Source: SAR86 cluster bacterium (GTDB taxonomy: Bacteria; Pseudomonadota; Gammaproteobacteria; Pseudomonadales; Pseudohongiellaceae). Taken from it: DNA of 64,000 nucleotides. Both the position numbers and the translations under genes were made by a program. The notes below the pieces were generated by a model. It was not told where the DNA came from. It made no database searches and saw only the letters and a list, made by a program, of their open reading frames with translations. Of this stretch, positions 52,485 to 61,983 are shown piece after piece; position 1 is the stretch's first letter, and each line of letters begins with the position of its first letter. Location of the stretch: contig NVUL01000044.1 in the NCBI GenBank assembly GCA_002401885.1, positions 7,680 through 71,679 of the forward strand, in the 5' to 3' direction.

Positions 52485-54173
52485 ATGGACGAATTTGATT
52501 TCATAATAGTGGGTGCAGGTTCTGCTGGTTGCGTATTGGCAAACAGGGTTTCAGCGAATCCTGAAAATCGCGTACTGCTGGTGGAGGCTGGTGGCAGTGA
52601 CCGCAATATCTTCGTGCAGATGCCCACTGCTTTGTCCTATCCCATGGCAATGGATAGATTCAATTGGGGCTATCACTCTGAGCCAGAGCCTGGGCTGGAT
52701 GGCAGGCAGATCACTTGTCCGCGCGGCAAAGGCCTCGGCGGCACATCAACAATCAATGGCATGGTTTACGTGCGCGGCAACGCCCAAGACTTCGAAGAAT
52801 GGGAGACCTTAGGAGCGAAGGGCTGGGGTTATAGAGATTGCCTTCCTTACTTCAAGCGCGCCGAATCTTGGATTGGAGGAGGCGATACCTACCGTGGAGG
52901 AGACGGTCCCCTCGGCGTGTGCGGCGGTAACGACATGCGCATGAATCCCTTATACCGCACCTTTATCGATGCCGGTGTAGAGGCCGGATATCCTGAAACC
53001 AAAGACTACAATGGAGAGTATCAAGAAGGTTTTGGTCCGATGCACATGACGGTGCGAGACGGCGTGCGCGAATCTACAGCGCGGGCTTATTTGAAACCGG
53101 TTCTGCATCGATCGAATCTTAAGGTTATCACCAATGCCTTGGTGCAGCGTGTTGAGCTTGAAGGGAAACGCGCTACAGGTATTTTTCTGAAAACGAAGAG
53201 TGGCACAAGATATATCCGTGCAGCGAGAGAGGTCATTTTGACGGCTGGCGCTATTGCTTCGCCCATGCTGCTGCAACTTTCTGGAATTGGCAGCGAAGAG
53301 AATTTGAAGGAGGCCGGCGTAGAAGAAATCCATCGGCTTCCCGGTGTCGGGGAAAATCTACAGGACCATCTCGAAGTGTATTTTCAGTTTCATTGCAAGC
53401 AGCCTGTAAGCCTGAACAATAAGTTGGGTTTATTCAGCAAAGCACTAATAGGCGCCAGGTGGCTCTTGTTCAAGGATGGGCTAGGCGCAAGCAACCATTT
53501 CGAATCTTGCGCATTTATTCGCTCGAAAAGCGGTTTGAAATCGCCCGATATCCAGTACCACTTCTTGCCTGCTGCTATGCGTTATGATGGCACGCCCTCC
53601 ATCGCCGGGCACGGCTTCCAAGTACACGTAGGTCCGAACAAGCCTAAGAGCCGAGGGCGCGTGAGGATAAAGTCTGCAGATGCGGCAATAGCTCCAAGCA
53701 TACTCTTCAATTACTACAAGCACGAAGAAGACATCGAAGCGTGGCGGCAATGTATTCGCCTAACTCGAGAAATCATGCAGCAACCTGCTATGGATGAGTA
53801 TCGCGGTGAAGAGATCCAGCCAGGACTCGAGGTCAGCAGTGATGCGGAAATAGATGCCTGGGTCAAACAGAATATTGAGAGTGCGTATCACCCAGCGGGT
53901 ACTTGCAAGATGGGAGAGGCTAGCGATCCGTTTGCAGTTGTCGGCAAGGACTGTGGCGTGCATGGCCTGAAAAATTTGAGAGTAGTGGATGCCTCAGTTT
54001 TTCCAACGCTACCCAATGGCAATATCAATGCGCCGGTAATCATGGTTGCGGAGAAGATTGCTGATGTGATCCTATGTGTTGATCCGCTGCCCGCCGCAAC
54101 GGTCTCTATCAATGAGCCCAAGGATTGGCAAAATCTGCAGCGGGAAGGAAGCCCCGTAAGAGAAGTCAATTAA
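52485..54173 (+). CDS. GMC-family FAD oxidoreductase, choline-dehydrogenase-like
   Basis: [23 protein letters not shown]...LLVEAGG, then [18 protein letters not shown], and the C-terminal [13 protein letters not shown]. The track ORF start at 52323 overlaps the transporter gene and is rejected. Confidence 0.9.
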   Translation: MDEFDFIIVGAGSAGCVLANRVSANPENRVLLVEAGGSDRNIFVQMPTALSYPMAMDRFNWGYHSEPEPGLDGRQITCPRGKGLGGTSTINGMVYVRGNAQDFEEWETLGAKGWGYRDCLPYFKRAESWIGGGDTYRGGDGPLGVCGGNDMRMNPLYRTFIDAGVEAGYPETKDYNGEYQEGFGPMHMTVRDGVRESTARAYLKPVLHRSNLKVITNALVQRVELEGKRATGIFLKTKSGTRYIRAAREVILTAGAIASPMLLQLSGIGSEENLKEAGVEEIHRLPGVGENLQDHLEVYFQFHCKQPVSLNNKLGLFSKALIGARWLLFKDGLGASNHFESCAFIRSKSGLKSPDIQYHFLPAAMRYDGTPSIAGHGFQVHVGPNKPKSRGRVRIKSADAAIAPSILFNYYKHEEDIEAWRQCIRLTREIMQQPAMDEYRGEEIQPGLEVSSDAEIDAWVKQNIESAYHPAGTCKMGEASDPFAVVGKDCGVHGLKNLRVVDASVFPTLPNGNINAPVIMVAEKIADVILCVDPLPAATVSINEPKDWQNLQREGSPVREVN

Positions 54174-54348
54174 CCTTTAGCAGAGTCAGAGATTGCCAAG
54201 TTGGTTTGCCGCCCCATTAATTGTATCACTCAATTAATTAGGTAGAATCAATAGTTGCTACCCAGTAGGCGGTGGAATGACGTATAAGAGATAGTCCAGA
54301 CTCGGAACGTAGACCTCGTGCTATTTATAGTGTCCTTAGGAGACAGCC

Positions 54349-56706
54349 TTGAATAATTCTTCGCAATACCCCAAACCTCGTTTTCTTTCCGTTGTTATTG
54401 GCCTCACAGGCGCTCTCTTGTTGTGGATGGGAGTCTTGCTATTGGCTGCTGGTGGTTCGCTCTACTATGCCTTCGCGGGGGTTGTGCTTTTAGGCAGTGC
54501 CGTTTTCCTGTTCCGAGGAGATGTGCGAGGCGCGCAGCTCTACGGAGCGTTCCTGCTTTTTACCTATCTCTGGGCACTGTACGAATCGGGTCTCGATGCC
54601 TGGGCACTAATGCCGCGTGTCGCTATGTTTAGCGTGCTGGGCCTTTGGTTTGTCCTTCCCAGGGTTCGTAGAGGATTATTGCAATCCGAGCCAGCTCCTT
54701 TGTTTCAGCAACGATCAACTCAGGCTACGTTAGGAGGCTTGGCCCTGCTCATCGTCGTCTTGTTTTTCAGCAGGGGTTACGAGGTAGGCGCACCGAGTGC
54801 TGCTGGTACTGGACAGGTAAATAATGCGACAGGAGGTTGGTCCAATTATGGCTCCTCTAAAACGGGCACTCGCTATGCTGCGGTTGACCAGATAAATCTT
54901 GAGAACATAGACTCTCTGGAAAGGGCGTGGGAAGTTCGTACGGGAGTACCCGGCGCATTCAAAGGTACGCCCATCCAGATCGATGATGGGCTCTATTTGT
55001 GCACAGGTCAGAACATAATCTTGGCCCTAGATCCAGACACCGGTGAAGAACGCTGGCGATTCGACCCCGATCTGCAATCGCCGAAGATCGGTTTCTGGGA
55101 TACCTGTCGCGGTGTTACTTACTACGACAGCCCGGAGCCAAATCCTACCGCTGAGTGTGCGGAGCGCATTTTCACCGCGACGACCGATGCTCGTTTGATT
55201 GCGGTAGATAAGAACACAGGAATTCCCTGCAGCGGCTTCGGCGTTAACGGTGAGATCAGTTTGCTTAGCGGTATGGGTGAAGTCGTACCTGGATTCTATT
55301 TCGTCACCTCGCCGCCAACTATAGCCAACGACGTATTAGTGTTAGGTGGTTGGGTGTTGGACAATCAAATGACGGACGAGCCTTCCGGTGTAGTGCGTGG
55401 ATTCAACCCTTTGACCGGCGAACTGGTTTGGGCTTGGGACATGGGGCGAGAAGATAGAACTGGTTTACCGGCCCCCGGCGAAAACTATACGCGTGGTACG
55501 CCAAATGTGTGGAGCCTGACTAGTGCCGACGAAGAGCTCGGCCTTATCTATTTGCCAACGGGCAATGCCACTCCAGATTATTTCGGTGGGCATCGAAGTG
55601 AAGCCATGGAGAAATATGCTAGCTCCATAATTGCACTCGATGCGCGAACGGGTCGAGTTAGGTGGAGTTTTCAAACAACTCATCACGATATCTGGGACTA
55701 TGATGTGCCCGCACAGCCTACACTGGTGGATATTCCTATTGATGGCGTTATCCGTAAGGCCGTTGTAGTACCGACCAAGCGTGCTGAAATATTTCTGCTC
55801 GACAGAGCCACTGGGGAACCAATTACCGAGGTGGCAGAACTGCCGACACCACAGACAGATATTCCCGAAGACTTCACTGTCCCTACTCAGCCCTTTTCAG
55901 TTGGCATGCCTTCGTTCGCCGATAAGCTCTTGACCGAAGCGGATATGTGGGGCATCACGCCGTTTGATCAGGCTGCCTGTAGACTGCAATTCAAACGTAT
56001 GCGCTATGAGGGCCCTCTGACTCCGCCGACTACAGGCCATGGTTCGCTTTACTATCCAGGCGTGGCCGGCGGAATGAATTGGGGCAGTGTGGCGGTGGAC
56101 GAGGTGAATCATTTGATGGTGGTCAACACCATGAACAATCCTTCAGTGGTACGCCTTATTCCTAGAGAAGATGTTAGGGAGAATGAAGGGTTCGGTATTG
56201 GAGGAGCGCAGTCTGGAACCCCCTATGCAGTCTATTCATTCTTCTTCCTCTCGCCCTTATTTGCACCTTGCATTGAGCCGCCCTATGGCGAGATGGCTGT
56301 AGTTGATCTCGCATCGCAGGAACTCCTATGGCGACGACCACTGGGTACTGCCAAGGAGCAGGGGCCGTTAGGTATTCCTAGCAGATTGCCTCTGCCTATG
56401 GGTATGTTCTATAACGCAGGTTCAATCGTCACCGGTGGTGGATTGATCTTCAACGCCGGTGTGGTTGATAGTACAGCTCGTGCGATAGACGTATTCACTG
56501 GAGAGGAGGTCTGGACTGACAGCCTTCCCGGATCGTCGACGGCCACACCAATGAGTTACGTGAGCCCGACAACGGGCAAGCAGTATGTCATCGTTACCGT
56601 GGCTGATGGCGGTGGCGCGCTACAACTCGAGGCGGCAGTGGACGACGATGTTGAAACCGGAGAAGTGCCAGGCGGTTACGTGATTGCTTATAGCCTCCCT
56701 GATTAA
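54349..56706 (+). CDS. membrane-bound PQQ-dependent dehydrogenase, glucose/quinate/shikimate family (paralog 5)
   Basis: AGGAG Shine-Dalgarno 6 nt before the TTG at 54349. About five N-terminal TM helices precede a propeller carrying VRWSFQTTHHDIWDYDVPAQPTLVDI, which closely resembles the E. coli Gcd box as I remember it. Confidence 0.88.
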   Translation: MNNSSQYPKPRFLSVVIGLTGALLLWMGVLLLAAGGSLYYAFAGVVLLGSAVFLFRGDVRGAQLYGAFLLFTYLWALYESGLDAWALMPRVAMFSVLGLWFVLPRVRRGLLQSEPAPLFQQRSTQATLGGLALLIVVLFFSRGYEVGAPSAAGTGQVNNATGGWSNYGSSKTGTRYAAVDQINLENIDSLERAWEVRTGVPGAFKGTPIQIDDGLYLCTGQNIILALDPDTGEERWRFDPDLQSPKIGFWDTCRGVTYYDSPEPNPTAECAERIFTATTDARLIAVDKNTGIPCSGFGVNGEISLLSGMGEVVPGFYFVTSPPTIANDVLVLGGWVLDNQMTDEPSGVVRGFNPLTGELVWAWDMGREDRTGLPAPGENYTRGTPNVWSLTSADEELGLIYLPTGNATPDYFGGHRSEAMEKYASSIIALDARTGRVRWSFQTTHHDIWDYDVPAQPTLVDIPIDGVIRKAVVVPTKRAEIFLLDRATGEPITEVAELPTPQTDIPEDFTVPTQPFSVGMPSFADKLLTEADMWGITPFDQAACRLQFKRMRYEGPLTPPTTGHGSLYYPGVAGGMNWGSVAVDEVNHLMVVNTMNNPSVVRLIPREDVRENEGFGIGGAQSGTPYAVYSFFFLSPLFAPCIEPPYGEMAVVDLASQELLWRRPLGTAKEQGPLGIPSRLPLPMGMFYNAGSIVTGGGLIFNAGVVDSTARAIDVFTGEEVWTDSLPGSSTATPMSYVSPTTGKQYVIVTVADGGGALQLEAAVDDDVETGEVPGGYVIAYSLPD

Positions 56707-56825
56707 TAGAGATAGCTAAGCTATCAAAGGTTGGCGAGTATATTTAGATACGCTGGATGATGTATTGAATTTCGGTACTGATATTCAGATTCAATAGGTT
56801 TATTTTTGGGGGAGATGAAAAAATT

Positions 56826-58055
56826 ATGCGACGACTATTAGACAAAGACTGGGCAACAATTCTCGGCGGATTCTTTTTCCTATTTTGTGTTTCATTTAGC
56901 AATGCAGATATTGATGGATCGCGCCTGGATGCTATCGCGGCGGACATGCAATCCCGAGTAGATGAAGAGCGACTATCCGGCGCGGTCCTAATGATTGCCC
57001 AAGATGGTGAGCTTCAGATGAGCGAGACTTTCGGTCATCAGAACGTGGAAGACCAAGTGCCTATGGCTATGGACACAATCTTCCGAATCTTCTCCATGAC
57101 TAAGCCGATTACCGGTACTGCGCTGATGATTCTCCATGATGAGGGCAAGTTTCAGTTCAGCGATCCCGTATCCAAATACATTCCTGAACTTGCCAATGTG
57201 CAGGTTTTCACAGAATCCGATGCTGACGGCAACATGTTAACTGAAGCGGCTAATCATGAGATGACGGTTCAGGAGTTAATGACTCATACCGGCGGCATCA
57301 TGTATGTTCCGCCACTATCGAACGGACCAGTGGCCCAAGCCATGATTGCTGCAGGCATCATGAGACCCGATATTTCCCTGGCGGACCAGATTGATAGCCT
57401 CGGTGAGTTGCCCCTAGGCTATCAACCAGGCTCGCAGTGGGAATACAGCTATTCCGTTGACGTGCAGGGCTATCTCGTTGAGGTCTTATCAGGTCAGACT
57501 TTCGATGTATTTCTAGAGCAGCGAATCTTCGAACCATTGGGCATGGTGGACACAGGTTTCTTTGTACCCGCCGCTAAAGCCCATCGTTTCGCAAGACAAT
57601 ATAACCAAGCAGCTGCAGGTGGCCTTACACGAACAGATACTGGGCAGTTTCTCAGCAAGCCAAAGTTTTTCTCCGGTGGTGGTGGGTTAACTTCAACTGC
57701 TGGCGATTACATGAAATTCGCGCAGATGCATTTGAACAAGGGGGAGTTGGATGGCGCGCGAATCTTGTCTGAAGACGCGATAGCGATTATGCGCAGTAAT
57801 CTCCTTCCTGATGGCATCGATAATATTGCCAACATCTACCCCGGTAATGTTTTCGGAGTCGATTTTGCTGTGGTGAGTGATTCGGATGCGTTCAACGGAG
57901 CCCCCGAGGGAACACATTGGTGGTGGGGCATTGCCGGTTCCTGGTTCTGGGTTGATCCGGTGCAGAACATAGTGTTTGTGGGCATGATACAGAACGACAA
58001 TATTTTCTATTCTATTCAGACTCACAGTGCTATGCGCGGGTTACTTTATAAGTAG
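56826..58055 (+). CDS. serine hydrolase, beta-lactamase/family VIII esterase fold
   Basis: Hydrophobic N-terminus and SxxK motif FSMTKPITG. The length and overall pattern are those of class C-like penicillin-binding-fold hydrolases. Confidence 0.85.
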   Translation: MRRLLDKDWATILGGFFFLFCVSFSNADIDGSRLDAIAADMQSRVDEERLSGAVLMIAQDGELQMSETFGHQNVEDQVPMAMDTIFRIFSMTKPITGTALMILHDEGKFQFSDPVSKYIPELANVQVFTESDADGNMLTEAANHEMTVQELMTHTGGIMYVPPLSNGPVAQAMIAAGIMRPDISLADQIDSLGELPLGYQPGSQWEYSYSVDVQGYLVEVLSGQTFDVFLEQRIFEPLGMVDTGFFVPAAKAHRFARQYNQAAAGGLTRTDTGQFLSKPKFFSGGGGLTSTAGDYMKFAQMHLNKGELDGARILSEDAIAIMRSNLLPDGIDNIANIYPGNVFGVDFAVVSDSDAFNGAPEGTHWWWGIAGSWFWVDPVQNIVFVGMIQNDNIFYSIQTHSAMRGLLYK

Positions 58056-58460
58056 AGTCAACTTAGCTTTGACAGAGCTCGAGGCTAATCCAGAGGGAAA
58101 TGGAACAAGCTCTGTTCGCGCACTACAATAAGGCGTATAATCCTCTCTGGTCCCTTCGTATACCGAGCTTATTGGCTTTTTGCCTCTATTCTTGCTAATA
58201 CGCCCCCTTGTCTACAGGCGAGCGGGGGCCGTTCTCCTGTTCGTAGTAAGTTTTCTATTGCTATCACCGTAGTCTCAGTACCGCTGTAACTCCTCTTTTG
58301 GTTGTTCTGGACGCCATTCGAGGGGCAATCGTCACTTAGAAATTTAGATACAAACACTTTTTAGACAAATCGCAGCTCGCGATCTGATAATTATTGCCTG
58401 CGTTAGCATGTCGATGACGGTGCTTGATTGCCCCGGAACGACTTAATTTTTAGGATCACC

Positions 58461-59114
58461 ATGTCACCACAAGAAATAAAGCCAGCAGAGATACAGCCTA
58501 CTATTCTCTCCTATGTAAGAGACTTGCCTAACCTATGTTCTCTGGCTGGTCTGGCCTGCACGGTATCAGCTATTTACTTGAGCATTCTAGGTATTTACTA
58601 CGGGGCGATGATAGGGATGATCTGGGCTGTCGCTTTCGATTGGGCAGATGGGATAATTGCTCGAAGAATGACGGGTCGAACAGGTAGTGATCGAACCTTT
58701 GGCGGTCAGCTTGATGTGGTAATAGATATTGTAAGCTATGGAGTTACACCGGCTGTCCTTCTGTTGAGCTACGGTAAATTTGAACCTAGTTACCTTGTGG
58801 GAGCATTCATCGTACTTGCGGCAAGCGCAATACGGCTGAGTTATTTTAGTACCTATGGTCTTTCTTCAGATTCCAAGTACACAGGCCTAGCTCTCGATAA
58901 CAACAGCATAGCTCTCGTGTTTCTATTTCTCTTCGATGGACTTTTTAGTGAGGCAAATTTTTCGCTTATTCTCTATGCCGTTTGCATAATTCTCGCCTCA
59001 TTGAATGTTGCACAGATCAAGACGCCAAAATTTTCTGGGAATCCTATTAGTGTTTATGTTCTAGCTGTTTATACCTTTAGCATAACGGGTATTTATGCTT
59101 GGCGACTCTTATAG
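58461..59114 (+). CDS. CDP-alcohol phosphatidyltransferase family protein
   Basis: AGGA Shine-Dalgarno. Signature DWADGIIARRMTGRTGSDRTFGGQLDVVIDIVSYG (D..DG..AR...G...D...D), with multiple TM helices. Confidence 0.85.
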   Translation: MSPQEIKPAEIQPTILSYVRDLPNLCSLAGLACTVSAIYLSILGIYYGAMIGMIWAVAFDWADGIIARRMTGRTGSDRTFGGQLDVVIDIVSYGVTPAVLLLSYGKFEPSYLVGAFIVLAASAIRLSYFSTYGLSSDSKYTGLALDNNSIALVFLFLFDGLFSEANFSLILYAVCIILASLNVAQIKTPKFSGNPISVYVLAVYTFSITGIYAWRLL

Positions 59115-59178
59115 AAACCCGATCAGTTGGTTTAGCACGTTAACGAATAACCGTACAAAAATAGGAATTGAATAGCAC

Positions 59179-59661
59179 ATGATTGTATATACTGTAGGCA
59201 CTTTCGATATGTTGCATGTAGGACATCTTGCATTACTAGAACATTGCCAGACATTAGGAAGTGTCGTGGCTGTCGGTGTTGCCTCTGATCTGGTAGTGAA
59301 TTCTTATAAACCGAATAAGCCCGTTATTCCGCTCGATCAAAGAATGCAGATGCTAAAGGCCCTGAGCTGTGTCGATATAGTAAGGCCGTACTTCGAACTT
59401 GAATATGTCTCTGGCTGTAAAGAGCTAGGTGCAGATATTTTTGTAGTGGGGGAGGACTGGGGACACGAACCTCACAACATCGATGTGGAATCGTATCTAA
59501 ATAGTGTGGGGAGTGAGATTGTGAAAGTGCAGTATGATCTCCGAACCTCATCTACTCAAATAAAACAAACCGTTCTAACGCAGCCAGCGAAGCCTGGGAA
59601 TTTCGGGATGCCACTTACTGCGTCGTTAGCTAACGAGGGTCATTCGGCAGCTAGGTCGTAG
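59179..59661 (+). CDS. cytidylyltransferase-family protein (TagD/ECT-like nucleotidyltransferase)
   Basis: MIVYTVGTFDMLHVGHLALLEHC (HxGH motif) and RTSSTQIK (RTxGISTT-like motif). Confidence 0.85.
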   Translation: MIVYTVGTFDMLHVGHLALLEHCQTLGSVVAVGVASDLVVNSYKPNKPVIPLDQRMQMLKALSCVDIVRPYFELEYVSGCKELGADIFVVGEDWGHEPHNIDVESYLNSVGSEIVKVQYDLRTSSTQIKQTVLTQPAKPGNFGMPLTASLANEGHSAARS

Positions 59662-59732
59662 AACTGGCCGGAGCCAAATAACTAAGTCTAAATGCACGTT
59701 GAGCCAATGCAGTACTGACGGGAGTAACTATC

Positions 59733-59849
59733 ATGGGTAAAGAGAAAAAGAGCCATAAGGAAGCGAAAAAGAAGGCCCTTCTAACCCCGAAAGAAAAGAA
59801 GGCTGCAAAGGCGGCAGCCAAACAAGGGAAGAGTATGCTTGGCAACTAA
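59733..59849 (+). CDS. possible 38-aa lysine-rich small protein
   Basis: GGGAG lies 8 nt before the ATG. The product is MGKEKKSHKEAKKKALLTPKEKKAAKAAAKQGKSMLGN (13 of 38 residues are Lys). It is too short for the ORF track, and the 64-aa ORF on the opposite strand looks spurious. Confidence 0.4.
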   Translation: MGKEKKSHKEAKKKALLTPKEKKAAKAAAKQGKSMLGN

Positions 59850-60061
59850 ACTTTCCTGAGGTCTGTTGGCAGGGAGGTATCCCCAGAATTAATATTCAGA
59901 AATAGTCATCACTGAAACTAGTGGCATCGAGCCTTGCTTACAAAGGTTTTGCATACCTAGTCTGATGATTTAGTTGCCCAATAAAAGAATGGATATCGGA
60001 TATTGTAGCAAGCTAAGGAATTGTGCCGAAAGGTGGAAACCAGGACACAATGATCCCCTTT

Positions 60062-61600
60062 TTAGATCTCAACCGCTACTTTGTAGGTGGGATCTTCGAT
60101 GATGTTCACGTCGATGATGGTTTCCGCATTTTTGAGTAGCTGCAGGCAGTCCGGACTAAGATGTCGTAAATGTAGCTCTTTGCCAGCCTTGGAATATCTT
60201 TCGGTGATCTTGTTAAGCGCCTCTATTCCCGACATGTCATTTACGCGACTCTCCTTGAAATCGATAATCACGCTATCTGGATCGTTCTTTACGTCGAATT
60301 TCTCAGCAAAAGCCTGCGCAGACCCAAAAAACAGCGGGCCATAAATCTCATAGTGCTTGGTGCCTTCTTCATCTATGTATTTTCTGGCGCGAATACGCTT
60401 GGCGTTCTCCCAAGCGAACACCAGCGCGGAAATGATTACCCCGATCAATACAGCCAAGGCCAGATTGTGGAGTAGCACGGTGATTGCAGCTACCAAGAAG
60501 CCTACCAAATTGTCACGATTGGGCATCTTACCGATGGCTCTCACACTGGCCCACTCAAAGGTGCCGATAGCAACCATGATCATTAAGCCGGTCAGTGCGG
60601 CGATGGGCATTCTTTCTATGTATTCAGCACCAAACATGATGAAGACTAGCAACATGACAGAGGCTACGATTCCAGATAGGCGAGCTCGAGCACCCGATGA
60701 TATGTTGATCAGGCTCTGGCCGATCATCGCACAGCCTCCCATGCCAGAGAAAAAACCTGTTACGAAGTTAGCCATGCCCTGGGCAACGGCTTCCTTATTG
60801 CTCTTCCCCCGTGTTTCAGTGATTTCGTCAATTAGATTTAGCGTGAGCAGACTTTCAATCAATCCAACGCCTGCAACGATGAATGCGTAGGGGAAGATAA
60901 TTCCCAATGTTTCGAAGCTAATCGGTAGATCAGGTATATGAAAAGGCGGAAAGCCGCCCTTAATGGAGCTGATGTCGCCAACGTTGCGGGTGTCCACATC
61001 GAAGCCGAGTACAATTGCAGTCACTACTAAAATGGCAACTAGCGAAGCAGGAATCGCCTTAGTGAGTCGCGGTAGCCCCCAGATAATTGCCATAGTAAGT
61101 AAGACTAAGCCGAGCATTGTGTTTAGCTGCGATCCTGTCATCCAATCGAGCTGTCCGTCGCCGTCCATGACCTTGAATGAAGCAACTTGAGCCAAGAAGA
61201 TAACGATTGCGAGTCCATTGACGAAGCCAAACATAACAGAGTGTGGCACTAGTCGAATAAACTTGCCCAGTTTGAGAAAGCCTGCGGTCATTTGAATAAT
61301 GCCGGCCAATATTACGGTTGCAAAAATGTATTCAACGCCATGGCTCTGGGCCAGACTGACAATTACCACGGCAATAGCGCCCGTTGCGCCAGATATCATT
61401 CCGGGCCGGCCTCCAAAAATAGAGGTAATCAAGCCGATACTGAATGCGGCATAGAGCCCAGTAAGTGGGGATAGGCCGGCGATTAGTGCAAATGCGATGG
61501 CTTCGGGGACTAATGCAATCGAAACAGTTATCCCAGATAGGACTTCGATGAGGACATTGATCTTCTTGGAGCGGTCGTACAGGTTCAACAAATAATTCAT
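60062..61600 (-). CDS. SulP-family anion transporter with C-terminal STAS domain
   Basis: 512 aa with polytopic membrane topology. The C-terminal segment YEIYGPLFFGSAQAFAEKF...IIDFKESRVNDMSGIEALNKI is typical of STAS. Confidence 0.9.
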   Translation of the reverse strand: MNYLLNLYDRSKKINVLIEVLSGITVSIALVPEAIAFALIAGLSPLTGLYAAFSIGLITSIFGGRPGMISGATGAIAVVIVSLAQSHGVEYIFATVILAGIIQMTAGFLKLGKFIRLVPHSVMFGFVNGLAIVIFLAQVASFKVMDGDGQLDWMTGSQLNTMLGLVLLTMAIIWGLPRLTKAIPASLVAILVVTAIVLGFDVDTRNVGDISSIKGGFPPFHIPDLPISFETLGIIFPYAFIVAGVGLIESLLTLNLIDEITETRGKSNKEAVAQGMANFVTGFFSGMGGCAMIGQSLINISSGARARLSGIVASVMLLVFIMFGAEYIERMPIAALTGLMIMVAIGTFEWASVRAIGKMPNRDNLVGFLVAAITVLLHNLALAVLIGVIISALVFAWENAKRIRARKYIDEEGTKHYEIYGPLFFGSAQAFAEKFDVKNDPDSVIIDFKESRVNDMSGIEALNKITERYSKAGKELHLRHLSPDCLQLLKNAETIIDVNIIEDPTYKVAVEI

Positions 61601-61983
61601 CTAGGTGTTTCTTAACTCAATAGTGTGCGCCACCAGAAGCGTAGCGCTCCGAGTGGAAATAGTACTTAAAATCTTTGGGGTAGACTGCAGCCTTTCGGAT
61701 AGGGAAGTACAACAAGGGCGCGCACTTTACACTATTGAGCGGCCGAAGAGAACTATAAAAGAGCCAAATTATAAATACCGTAGGATTGAGATATCCGTCC
61801 TAAGGGAAGCGATTTCTCGCATTACACTGCACTTCTTGATTTTAGTGGTGAGCCCATTACCAGCACTTGGTTCACACAAACTCTCTCGACGCTAGTACTT
61901 GCTAGCCATTACAAATTCGAATGGCTAGTGCCAAATGACTGGAGAGAAATTGCCAAAGGTGATTTTTATGCGGATATTCTGCC

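Noticed and set aside
59651-59845. 64-aa minus-strand ORF between the cytidylyltransferase and SulP genes
   Set aside because: It is the mirror of the Lys-rich plus-strand micro-ORF, since AAG/AAA codons read as Phe/Leu on the other strand. It has no Shine-Dalgarno, and the plus-strand ORF has the better ribosome-binding site.
60087-61190. Plus-strand ORFs (85, 177 and 75 aa) inside the SulP gene
   Set aside because: These are antisense shadow ORFs of a well-supported 512-aa SulP/STAS transporter.
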